A stretch of DNA of 64,000 nucleotides from positions 186,001 through 250,000 of IMG/VR virus record IMGVR_UViG_3300026521_000003; one strand, 5' to 3'. Below, piece by piece: positions 10,064-18,761 of this stretch. The notes under the pieces are model-generated. The model saw only the letters and a program-made list of their open reading frames with translations. It had not been told where the DNA came from and did not search any database. A program made the translations under genes and the position numbers. The number at the start of each line of letters is the position of its first letter. Position 1 is the stretch's first letter.

Positions 10064-10315
10064 TCGTTCAATCGTTACACTATTCATAAATTCATTACCT
10101 AATAGGTTATTTAATCTATTAGCAGTATTTTCTATATTAATATCTTTGTTATTTAAACTACTTAATTGAAAATCAGATATTGATGGTTCTGGTATTTGGT
10201 CTTTAATTTCGGGTTGATTATTTTTAATCATTTCATCACCCCATGCTTTTTCTACCTCTCTGTAATTGGGGTCATTTAACCCTGCTAACTCTTTAATTAA
10301 ATCTAACTCATTCAT
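10055..10315 (-). CDS. Hypothetical protein
   Basis: AGGAG SD; directly downstream of the TerL C-half. Confidence 0.65.
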   Translation of the reverse strand: MNELDLIKELAGLNDPNYREVEKAWGDEMIKNNQPEIKDQIPEPSISDFQLSSLNNKDINIENTANRLNNLLGNEFMNSVTIERLN

Positions 10316-10326
10316 TTTTAAACTCC

Positions 10327-11640
10327 TTAAAATACACTAGGTAAAATATCATATTCATCAAGATCTAGATTATCATCATCTTCATCTTCAATTATCGAAG
10401 AGCCCATAGCAGCTTGTTTGGCATACATTTCTCTTTCTAATTTTTTAGCTTCTTCAATAATTTTTAATTCTTCGGCTTTTTTTTCTTCTTCTGACTTCTC
10501 TTTCTCTAAGGCTTCAGCTGCCATTCGTTTTCTATGTTGTTCAGCAGGATCTAACTCCTCTTTATCAATATTTACTATTTTCTCTTCTGGTTTAACCAAC
10601 ATCATATTATCAACTGAGAAATCTCCCTGAGCAAAATCGGCAAAAACATTCATAAGATAATAAACTATCTGAAATGCGCACATGACTCTATCATCATGGT
10701 ATCCACTTTTACCGGAATAAGTACCATTACCAGTTCTAATAAAACCATATAATTCGTCAATAAATTTCTCATCATTGATAATTAGTTTGTTATACTCTAA
10801 TAAATTTTTAAATTGTAGTGCCAATTTACTTTTCATAGTTGGATTTAAGTGTAATCCAGCTCCTTTACCATCATAAAAAATAGGTATTTCTAAATTTTCA
10901 ATTGCCTTTTCTGTCTGTGTTAGAATTTGAGCTAATCCCTCACCGATACCATTTCTTTCAAAAATCAATAATGATTCATCAGGCAAATAGTTCCACCTTT
11001 GTTGCATAAATTGTTGTAACCATAAAATCTTTTCAAATATTAGTGATGCATCCATATCTGGATCTACAATAGATCCAACTTGAAATACTTGTTTGGGGGC
11101 TATTTCCCATAAGTGTAAAACTGATGAATCTTCGCCTCCTGCACTAGGGTCAATAGTTATAATTAGAAGAGAGTCTACATGGTCTAGTTTATCTTTATAA
11201 ATCTCAAAGCCCATAATCTCTTCAATTACACCAGGAGTTTGATAAAAATCAAGAATATCAGTTTCAATTAGTGTTTTTTCAAAAGTGAGGAATTGACAAT
11301 TATGTGATTTAATTTTATTTGAAAGTAAAAAATTATTATCTGTACTTTCAACTTCGATAATATCTATCATCTGTGATTCGGAAAAGATTTCATTGATGTT
11401 GGAGATTTCTAGAATTGTATTTTCAGTTTTTAATTTCTGTCCAACCGCTAAATTATATCCTTTAATAAGTTCATTATCATCTGTCCAAAAAATATGATTT
11501 TTACTACATTTAATATTAATATCATTTTCAAATGTTATGCTTAAATATGATTTATGTTTTGATTCAGCAAGGCCTGCAAATGATTTATAGCCCTCGGTTG
11601 TTTTAATTAAGAATCGATTATTTTTTATTAAGTTGTCCAT
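10327..11640 (-). CDS. Terminase large subunit (gp17-like), C-terminal nuclease half, preceded by a split-intein C-fragment
   Basis: Residues 1-114 are intein (KSFAG, IKCSKNH, DIIEV, SHN). Extein begins CQFL and contains IDPSAGGEDSS, FERNGIG and GYHDDRVM (RNase H-like terminase nuclease). No ATPase half in the window. Confidence 0.85.
   Translation of the reverse strand: MDNLIKNNRFLIKTTEGYKSFAGLAESKHKSYLSITFENDINIKCSKNHIFWTDDNELIKGYNLAVGQKLKTENTILEISNINEIFSESQMIDIIEVESTDNNFLLSNKIKSHNCQFLTFEKTLIETDILDFYQTPGVIEEIMGFEIYKDKLDHVDSLLIITIDPSAGGEDSSVLHLWEIAPKQVFQVGSIVDPDMDASLIFEKILWLQQFMQQRWNYLPDESLLIFERNGIGEGLAQILTQTEKAIENLEIPIFYDGKGAGLHLNPTMKSKLALQFKNLLEYNKLIINDEKFIDELYGFIRTGNGTYSGKSGYHDDRVMCAFQIVYYLMNVFADFAQGDFSVDNMMLVKPEEKIVNIDKEELDPAEQHRKRMAAEALEKEKSEEEKKAEELKIIEEAKKLEREMYAKQAAMGSSIIEDEDDDNLDLDEYDILPSVF
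11299..11640 (-). mobile_element. Atypical split intein C-fragment (AceL/GOS-TerL type), 114 aa
   Basis: Has block B (CSKNH) and blocks F/G ending HN|C, but lacks block A (N-terminal Cys). Confidence 0.85.
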
Positions 11641-11679
11641 AAATCTATTTATTATAGAATATCTTAATTTTTAATAAAT

Positions 11680-11687
11680 TATTTATA
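11680..11687 (-). promoter_or_regulatory. T4-type late promoter for the TerL C-half
   Basis: TATAAATA on minus; a second AATAAATA at 11646-11653. Confidence 0.6.
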
Positions 11688-11696
11688 AAAGAGGAT

Positions 11697-11725
11697 TAAT
11701 TTAAAGGGTATATCCCTTTAAATTA
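11697..11725. terminator. Hairpin, probable terminator of 11723-12202
   Basis: TAATTTAAAGGG-TATAT-CCCTTTAAATTA, a 12-bp perfect stem. Confidence 0.6.
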
Positions 11726-12202
11726 TAAAAGTTTAGAAAGTAAAAATGTTTTATGGGTTCTGTTAGTGAATGATAGCATAACTTCATTTGATTTATTACT
11801 TTTATATAATGTAAATTCAGAATATACTTCAAATAATCTATTAATAGTATCAAAAATCTCTGCTATATTTACGTATAATTTTTCTTCATAACAATATTTT
11901 TGAAATTCTGTAAACATACTTCTATCAAAAGTTTTAAGTTTATCAAAGTTTGATAAAGATATAGCATCTCCAGGATTCGTATCAAGTGATTGTTCAACAG
12001 GTATCAGTTTATTTCTTGCTAGTTTAAATGTGCCTTCAAAATCAATTTCCTTTGCATTTGCATATACTATCATAGATTTATCATTAATTGATGTTAAATA
12101 ATTTCCATCAGACGATGTATATAAAATATTTTTATTTTTTTGTAAGGTTTTAAATCCTCTTAAAACGTCTTTATTAACCGTTTCTATTATTTCATCTGTC
12201 AT
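11723..12202 (-). CDS. Hypothetical protein
   Basis: AAGGA SD; no intein-N or ATPase motifs. Confidence 0.65.
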   Translation of the reverse strand: MTDEIIETVNKDVLRGFKTLQKNKNILYTSSDGNYLTSINDKSMIVYANAKEIDFEGTFKLARNKLIPVEQSLDTNPGDAISLSNFDKLKTFDRSMFTEFQKYCYEEKLYVNIAEIFDTINRLFEVYSEFTLYKSNKSNEVMLSFTNRTHKTFLLSKLL

Positions 12203-12277
12203 TTTCAGTTTCCTTTTAATTAAAATTATATATTATTATACAAAAATGTCAATAAATAAAAATAAAATGGTGTTGAA

Positions 12278-12436
12278 ATGTTAGAATATGTAAGAGAAAA
12301 GTGGTATAAGTTTTTAGAATTATTTCTTAAAGAAGAAAACGAAATTAAAGTAATAGAATCTGTGATAGATGATGATTTAGAATTGGATGATTGGTATTTA
12401 GATGTTGGAGCTAGAGCGGGGTTTAAGAAGAATTAA
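12278..12436 (+). CDS. Small acidic hypothetical protein (52 aa, not in the ORF track)
   Basis: MLEYVREKWYKFLELFLKEENE...ARAGFKKN*; AATAAATA at 12251 and GGTG SD. Confidence 0.5.
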   Translation: MLEYVREKWYKFLELFLKEENEIKVIESVIDDDLELDDWYLDVGARAGFKKN

Positions 12437-12448
12437 TTCTTCTTAAAC
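12421..12448. terminator. 28-bp perfect palindrome between convergent genes
   Basis: GTTTAAGAAGAATTAATTCTTCTTAAAC is its own reverse complement. Confidence 0.55.
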
Positions 12449-13294
12449 TTAAAGGTATTCTTTAGGAAGTTTAACAGCTATTTCTAAGCTATCTAAATAA
12501 TCAATCTTATCAATATGATCTAATTGAATATCTCCTTCCCCTGACCTATCTGTTATTAGATGTGCCATATAACCAACTTGATAAATGTTTTTACCTAAGT
12601 CTTCTCTATAATATAATGCAGCTGCAGTTTCTATTGTATTTTTATTAAAATATGGAGTACTAATATTTTTTCCATTTAAGTGAATAAATGATGGAATTAT
12701 ATTTACGAAGTATATTTCACCGTTATTAGGATTGTTAATAATATTATCCCATCTATTTTCCAGTCTAAGTGGTGTACTATGTTTCATAGTAAAATAATCA
12801 AATTGTTCATTGTATGACCATGTCATAGCACCAAAATTAATTTGATCAAAATACTCACATTCGTTTCTTGCTATTTCTAATTCTTCAGCAGTAATTAATG
12901 AATATTTTTCAAAAAGTTCATTCCATAATAGCATACGCTCATCTTTATTAAATACCATTAGTAGGTTTAACGCTCGAATATAATAAATATCCACTAGTGT
13001 CTCCCCACTTATAGCTGTAATAGTAGTTTCAAATGTACCATCATATAAAATCGTATTTAATTTATCTAGTAATTGTAAATATGCTTTTGAAGCAATCATC
13101 CATCTAGATTTTTTAAGGCCGGCTTTTTTCTGTACCTGTATCATACCAGTATAAAACATATATCTATTTAAATAGTCAACTTGGTATTGATTAAGCCCAT
13201 CTATTACTTTTTGTCCATCTGGATATATAATATCCTTAGCAGTTTTGCTAAGGAAATCTCTATTCATTTTTTTATTAATTATAAATTTCTTCAT
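12449..13294 (-). CDS. Virion structural protein, module B paralogue 3
   Basis: Starts MKKFIINKKMN; ends GDIQLDHIDKIDYLDSLEIAVKLP, shared with 15959-16789 and 17389-18171. Confidence 0.65.
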   Translation of the reverse strand: MKKFIINKKMNRDFLSKTAKDIIYPDGQKVIDGLNQYQVDYLNRYMFYTGMIQVQKKAGLKKSRWMIASKAYLQLLDKLNTILYDGTFETTITAISGETLVDIYYIRALNLLMVFNKDERMLLWNELFEKYSLITAEELEIARNECEYFDQINFGAMTWSYNEQFDYFTMKHSTPLRLENRWDNIINNPNNGEIYFVNIIPSFIHLNGKNISTPYFNKNTIETAAALYYREDLGKNIYQVGYMAHLITDRSGEGDIQLDHIDKIDYLDSLEIAVKLPKEYL

Positions 13295-13295
13295 T

Positions 13296-15950
13296 CTATG
13301 CTCCTATAATAGATACTGCAATATCTTTAACTGTATTGATCACACCATCATTTACAGTTAATGTAATAGTATCTGAACCAATAGTATCGGTCGCAGTATA
13401 TGTTATGATTTTATTAGTTTCATCAAATGTAACAGTACCTACTCCTGCAGTAATATTGTATGCTAGTGTATCTCCATCTATATCATTAATAGTTACATTA
13501 ATATCTGTTGTTGAATTAACTACAACTTCTATACTATCAACAGTATCAATAATTGGTGCATCATTAACAGCTAATACTGTTATTGTTAATGTTTCTGAAA
13601 CACTTCCACCTTCAAAGTCACTCGCTGTTATCACAACTGTATCGGTACCATTGAAATCATTATTCGGTGTATATATAATAGTGCTATTATCTTGATCCCA
13701 TTCAACCGAACCATTATCTGCAATACCAGTAACTTCAAACTCTCTATCATCTGTTGCTGTAATCGCAATAGTGATTGGAGTATCTTCATTCGTTTCATAT
13801 GTTAGAGGATCTATTACTAGCGTTGGAATTTGATCATTTACTGGTGTAACAGTAACATTGATAGTTTTAATTGTTTGTCCACCATCAACATCATCAACTA
13901 TAATAGTAATTGTATCTTCACCGCTAAAATCCGTATTAGGTGTATAATCTATAACTGGTGCATCTGAGTTAGAAACATTATATAATGCCGTACCATTTAA
14001 TGCTGAAATAGTGATATTACTAATGTCACTATCAATATCAGATATAGAAATAGGTATTGCAATCGAATTATCTTCTATAACGGTAGCATTATCAACTACT
14101 ACAATAGGATTATCATTTACTGGTGTAATTGTAATATCGATTGAAGTAGAATCAGTAAGACCATCAGCATCTGTTATGGTAATAGTTAAAGTATCAATTC
14201 CATTAAAGTCTGCGTTTGGTGTATAGATTAGATTAGTACCATCCCAAACTGATGTACCATTATTTGATACTCCCTCAACGGTAAATGTGCTATCAATATC
14301 ATTAAATGTAAATGGTATAGTTGTCGGTGTATCTTCATCTATTGTAATATTTGTTGCTCCAGTAATCGTAGGAGCATCATTAATTGGATTGACATTAACA
14401 TTTATAACTTTTGTAGATTCTGCTCCAAGACTATCAGTTGCTGTAATAGTAATTGTATCACTTCCATTAAAATTTGTATTTGGAGTATAACTTAATTTAT
14501 TTAAATTACTGTCAAAGGATACAGTACCATTTAAAGCACTAACTACAACAGAGGATACAGTTTCATCAGCATCAACAACTGTCATATCAACAGAAATTGT
14601 ATTATCTTCATCAACAAATAATGTGTCACTAACTGTTATAACAGGACCAACGTTTGTACCTGCTACAGTTATTGTTTGTTCTGCTGTTGCTAAGTTTCCA
14701 GCAATATCTCTAACTTCCACTTTAACTATATAATCAACACCATCTTCAAGAGCCGATATATCATCAATAGTTAAACTCCAAGTATTTGCATTTACTGTGG
14801 TAGAATATTCCTGACCATTTAAAGTAACTAATACAGGTTGATTATCTTCAATATCAATAGTTGTTCCAGAAATAACTAATGGTTCTAATTTTTCTGTATG
14901 GGTGATAAATCCATCTGAAATAGGATATATATTTACAACGCCCGGACTATTATCTGGTTCATAAGTTACAACTGGTAACGCTTCAATTTCAATATTTGAT
15001 GCATCTCTCATAGCAATTGTAAAATCTTTGAAAATATTAGGAGCTCCTTGATTTCCACTTAGAACTTCAAAATAACTGATAACATTATCATCTTCCCAAA
15101 CACCTACAGAATCAGTAAAAATAAATGATTCTTCATTAGATAATTTAGTGTAAAATTTCCCAGAGACAGCTCTTACTCTTATACTAGTAAGACCTTCTTT
15201 CATAATGAATTGAATTTTAATATATCTTGTAGAAATATCTGATAAATCAGTAATAAGTCTATCTCGTCCATATATATTTTTTTCTATAAATACAGGCTTA
15301 TTTATTATATTATAATTTATTCCATCATCAGAATATGAAATTAAGGCATAATCAATTGCATTATAATTATTAGAATCACTTTGATTTAATGTTAAAATAT
15401 ATTTTTCCAAGGATATATTTTCTTGAAGGTCGTATTTTAATATTGTTTCATTCCCTACAGCAGTTTCCAGACTAGATAAAATCATAACTGATTCATGCGG
15501 TTCATTATCGGTAATTGTGGTGATTGAAGGATATACAATATATCCTTCATAAGTAAAAATTGGAATATCTGTTGGGTATAATTCCGACTCTCTATTGTGT
15601 AGTTGAACAGCTACCCAACCAATAGTTCCATCTATTGCAAAATTAAAATCTAAAGCATCTGGCGCATGTCTTAAAATTTTTTCTTTTTTAAGTTTATCAT
15701 AGTCTGCATAAAACATTCTATTATCAAATCTAGCAATAATATTATCGCCGAAAGCACTTTCAAAAGCATGTTTATCCATAATTTCATATATTACGTCTGT
15801 TGATGGTATTGGGCCATTCATAACGTAAACTGTTGAATTCGGATAATATCTTCTAAAAGCATATATAGCTGGTGATAGAGTATTATATTTATTTTCTACT
15901 TCGGTATTAAAATCCCAAGCTATACCTAAATAATTTTTTAAAATCATCAT
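13296..15950 (-). CDS. Virion protein, module A paralogue 3, with discoidin-like insert and Ig/cadherin-like repeats
   Basis: PDALD..IDGTIGW and FTDSVGVW...FKDF...RD shared with 16792-17376 and 18174-18704. Repeated NDAP..(D/E)ED..YTPN.(D/N)FNG.DTITI units. Confidence 0.75.
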   Translation of the reverse strand: MMILKNYLGIAWDFNTEVENKYNTLSPAIYAFRRYYPNSTVYVMNGPIPSTDVIYEIMDKHAFESAFGDNIIARFDNRMFYADYDKLKKEKILRHAPDALDFNFAIDGTIGWVAVQLHNRESELYPTDIPIFTYEGYIVYPSITTITDNEPHESVMILSSLETAVGNETILKYDLQENISLEKYILTLNQSDSNNYNAIDYALISYSDDGINYNIINKPVFIEKNIYGRDRLITDLSDISTRYIKIQFIMKEGLTSIRVRAVSGKFYTKLSNEESFIFTDSVGVWEDDNVISYFEVLSGNQGAPNIFKDFTIAMRDASNIEIEALPVVTYEPDNSPGVVNIYPISDGFITHTEKLEPLVISGTTIDIEDNQPVLVTLNGQEYSTTVNANTWSLTIDDISALEDGVDYIVKVEVRDIAGNLATAEQTITVAGTNVGPVITVSDTLFVDEDNTISVDMTVVDADETVSSVVVSALNGTVSFDSNLNKLSYTPNTNFNGSDTITITATDSLGAESTKVINVNVNPINDAPTITGATNITIDEDTPTTIPFTFNDIDSTFTVEGVSNNGTSVWDGTNLIYTPNADFNGIDTLTITITDADGLTDSTSIDITITPVNDNPIVVVDNATVIEDNSIAIPISISDIDSDISNITISALNGTALYNVSNSDAPVIDYTPNTDFSGEDTITIIVDDVDGGQTIKTINVTVTPVNDQIPTLVIDPLTYETNEDTPITIAITATDDREFEVTGIADNGSVEWDQDNSTIIYTPNNDFNGTDTVVITASDFEGGSVSETLTITVLAVNDAPIIDTVDSIEVVVNSTTDINVTINDIDGDTLAYNITAGVGTVTFDETNKIITYTATDTIGSDTITLTVNDGVINTVKDIAVSIIGA

Positions 15951-15958
15951 TAATCTCC

Positions 15959-16789
15959 TTATATACTTGGTGGAGTTTTAAGTGTAAACTCAAAACTATC
16001 TATGTAATCTATAAAATCTATGTGATCGAATTTAATATCTCCATCACCATTTAAATCTGTAACTTTTAAAGCAATGTAAGATAAAAGCTGCTGCTTTCTA
16101 TCCAAGACTTTATTATATGAAGCACCGTATTGTGTACCGTCTGAATTTCTATATGGTATTACTATATAAAGATCTGTATTTCCACCTGCATCATATTCAG
16201 ATTTTATAAATCGTTCTTCTAATTTCATCGGCTTTAAAGCTTTAAAATTAACAGTATTATTTGGTACATCAATATTAATTTCAATATCATTTAAATTGAT
16301 GGTAAAACCTTGAAAAACTACATTTTCTTTTCCAGGAATCCATTTTCTAATAAATGATTGGAATCTTAAACCTTTTGTTGCACCAAATCCTTTCCAGAAG
16401 AAAGATATTTGTCGCTCAGTTTTATATTCAGAAGTAGCAATAATTCCAGGATAAGCATTGTCCATAATTATTTCAAAATCATTAGTATTGGCGTTAAATA
16501 TTAATTTATTTAAGTTATCTAATTCATCAAGACCTTCTTTAGATGTTAAGTAACATTGAAGGGGCAAAATATCCGATGGACGAAAGTTATTAATAGGCAA
16601 TAAATTATCGTACTTCAGATCTGCATAAAGTAATCCGTCATATTCAAAATGATTTCCAGACGAACCATTAAAGTATGAAGTATATTTTTTCGTCGTTCCT
16701 AGATTAAAATAATATAAGTTTTCAAAGAAATATACTATTGGATTTGGAACTCTATCTGACCATGTTTTATTAAATTGTATTTGTTGCAT
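15959..16789 (-). CDS. Virion structural protein, module B paralogue 2
   Basis: Ends GDIKFDHIDFIDYIDSFEFTLKTP. Confidence 0.65.
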   Translation of the reverse strand: MQQIQFNKTWSDRVPNPIVYFFENLYYFNLGTTKKYTSYFNGSSGNHFEYDGLLYADLKYDNLLPINNFRPSDILPLQCYLTSKEGLDELDNLNKLIFNANTNDFEIIMDNAYPGIIATSEYKTERQISFFWKGFGATKGLRFQSFIRKWIPGKENVVFQGFTINLNDIEINIDVPNNTVNFKALKPMKLEERFIKSEYDAGGNTDLYIVIPYRNSDGTQYGASYNKVLDRKQQLLSYIALKVTDLNGDGDIKFDHIDFIDYIDSFEFTLKTPPSI

Positions 16790-16791
16790 TT

Positions 16792-17376
16792 TTATACCCC
16801 CTCATACTTTGATTTATCTCTAATCATAAAAGAGAAGTCTTTAAATGAAACTGTTTCACCAGTAACACATCCAATTTTTTTCTCAAGAGTAATTACCATA
16901 TCTTCATCATTCCAAATACCTATAAAATCTGTAAACATAATATTATCTTTAGTTTCATCAATAGGTAATTCACCTTCAACTCTTTGGTGTGTCATTACAA
17001 CAGCAGCCCAAACAATATCACCATCTAGTTCAACAGTCATATCTAAAGCATCATAAGGTTTTCTTATTGATCTTTCTCTTGATGTTTCATCATAAGCCCA
17101 AATAACATCAATATTTTCTTTTCTAGTTATTAATCTATCAGCATAAGTAGCTAAAAGAGTAGCTTCATCCTCTATTGCAAAAAGTTCAGCCTCACTAGGT
17201 TTTACACCACTAAAGAAATAAAAATTATTTCCAGTAGTTGTAAATGTATGGTTATTATAAGCCACTGCAGGATATAACGCATAATCTGAACCAGGTTTTG
17301 CATCAAATCTAAATCCTCTAATTGCACTAACTGGCATAGTAGAAAGGGCATGACCATAAATATCACTAAATAACAT
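16792..17376 (-). CDS. Virion structural protein, module A paralogue 2
   Basis: PYDALD...DGDIVWAA...FTDFIGIW...FKDFSFMIRD...EGV. Confidence 0.65.
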   Translation of the reverse strand: MLFSDIYGHALSTMPVSAIRGFRFDAKPGSDYALYPAVAYNNHTFTTTGNNFYFFSGVKPSEAELFAIEDEATLLATYADRLITRKENIDVIWAYDETSRERSIRKPYDALDMTVELDGDIVWAAVVMTHQRVEGELPIDETKDNIMFTDFIGIWNDEDMVITLEKKIGCVTGETVSFKDFSFMIRDKSKYEGV

Positions 17377-17388
17377 AATGATACCTCC

Positions 17389-18171
17389 TTAGTTTAGAAC
17401 TTTTGGTAATCTAAATCTAAATCTAAAACTATCTATATAATCAATTTTATCAACATGATCGTATTTAATGTCCGCTGTTACGTCATTAATATCACCTAAT
17501 GCTACTGCTAAATACGTAGATTGTTCAACAGATACACCATTAGTATTTTTATACATATGAGTTGCAACGTAATCGCCATAAGTTCCAGATGTACCACCAT
17601 AAACTTTGTTTACTAATGGAAGAACAACTAAATATAATGCTTCACCATTTGAGTTATTAGCTTGATCGTAATAAGTTCCTAATTCAATAGGTGTATCATA
17701 TGAATATTCAATAACATCCGTTAATAGTTCATTACCTGGAATAGTAGTATCAACATAATTCATATTTAAAGCTGCAATATCAAAGTTTTTAAAATCTGTT
17801 GTTAGTGCTTTCGCTCCCGCAACTTCTAAATCAGTTACAATACCTTGAGCTACTAAATAATCTATAGCACTATTTCTTTCTAAAGCATTTTTTGAATAAA
17901 GAGTATTCATTAAAACCGTAAATTTAACAGTTCCACCAAGATTTAAATTTTCATTAAAGTTTAGTTCATTTAACTTATTAATAAGAGTTAAGTAGCTTTC
18001 CGGTACAAATAATAAAAATGGATAATCTCCATTAGTACTCATATTTTCAGTATTTGCTAAATCTGTATAAACTGTAAAACCGATATATGCATCAGGATTA
18101 GGTGCCATTATAGATGTTAGATAACTTTCTAAATAACCTTCATTCATTTTTTTATTTACTACTAAATTCAT
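17389..18171 (-). CDS. Virion structural protein, module B paralogue 1
   Basis: Starts MNLVVNKKMN; ends ADIKYDHVDKIDYIDSFRFRFRLP. Confidence 0.65.
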   Translation of the reverse strand: MNLVVNKKMNEGYLESYLTSIMAPNPDAYIGFTVYTDLANTENMSTNGDYPFLLFVPESYLTLINKLNELNFNENLNLGGTVKFTVLMNTLYSKNALERNSAIDYLVAQGIVTDLEVAGAKALTTDFKNFDIAALNMNYVDTTIPGNELLTDVIEYSYDTPIELGTYYDQANNSNGEALYLVVLPLVNKVYGGTSGTYGDYVATHMYKNTNGVSVEQSTYLAVALGDINDVTADIKYDHVDKIDYIDSFRFRFRLPKVLN

Positions 18172-18173
18172 TA

Positions 18174-18704
18174 TTAAACTCCCTCATTTGTTGAAATATC
18201 TCTTAAAATTAAAGAGAAATCTTTAAAAATATTTTTATCACCAGTTACACCAGTATATTTATCTATAATTATTGGTGAAGTTTGATCTCCCCAAGTACCG
18301 ATAGTATCTGTAAAAAGAATAATCTTTTCTGGATTAGCCATATCATCACCATCGTTTAAAATTATTGCTGCCCATCCAATAGTTGCATCAATTTCATAAA
18401 CAGTATCTAAAGCATCAACAGGTATTTTTTTAATTGTTTTTTCTTTAGTTAGTTCATCATAACTATATACGAATTGAAGATCTGCAACTTCAAAAACTTT
18501 TTTAGTTCCAAATGCATTTAATAATGTTTCCTCTGTAACTATATTGTATAAATCTTCTGTTGCTGGAATTCCACCATCAAAAAAGATAATTTTATTTCCA
18601 TCAACAGTAACATTTTTTGTTAAAGATGTACTTACATTATTAGAAACTACATTTCCAACGGGCATAAAGTGGTAACTAAGACCATAAAAATTTAAAACTT
18701 TCAT
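18174..18704 (-). CDS. Virion structural protein, module A paralogue 1
   Basis: PVDALD...IDATIGWAA...FTDTIGTW...FKDFSLILRD...EGV; late promoter upstream. Confidence 0.65.
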   Translation of the reverse strand: MKVLNFYGLSYHFMPVGNVVSNNVSTSLTKNVTVDGNKIIFFDGGIPATEDLYNIVTEETLLNAFGTKKVFEVADLQFVYSYDELTKEKTIKKIPVDALDTVYEIDATIGWAAIILNDGDDMANPEKIILFTDTIGTWGDQTSPIIIDKYTGVTGDKNIFKDFSLILRDISTNEGV

Positions 18705-18730
18705 TTGTTCTCCTTTTGTTTACTTAATAG

Positions 18731-18738
18731 TATTTATA
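18731..18738 (-). promoter_or_regulatory. T4-type late promoter TATAAATA
   Basis: Exact match upstream of the AAGGAG SD of 18704. Confidence 0.65.
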
Positions 18739-18761
18739 TTAAAATATAACTTTTTTTTCTA

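Noticed and set aside
3096-10630. ORFs 3096-3464(-), 8205-8438(+), 8542-8733(+), 9091-9342(-) and 10418-10630(+)
   Set aside because: Antisense shadows of better-supported genes.
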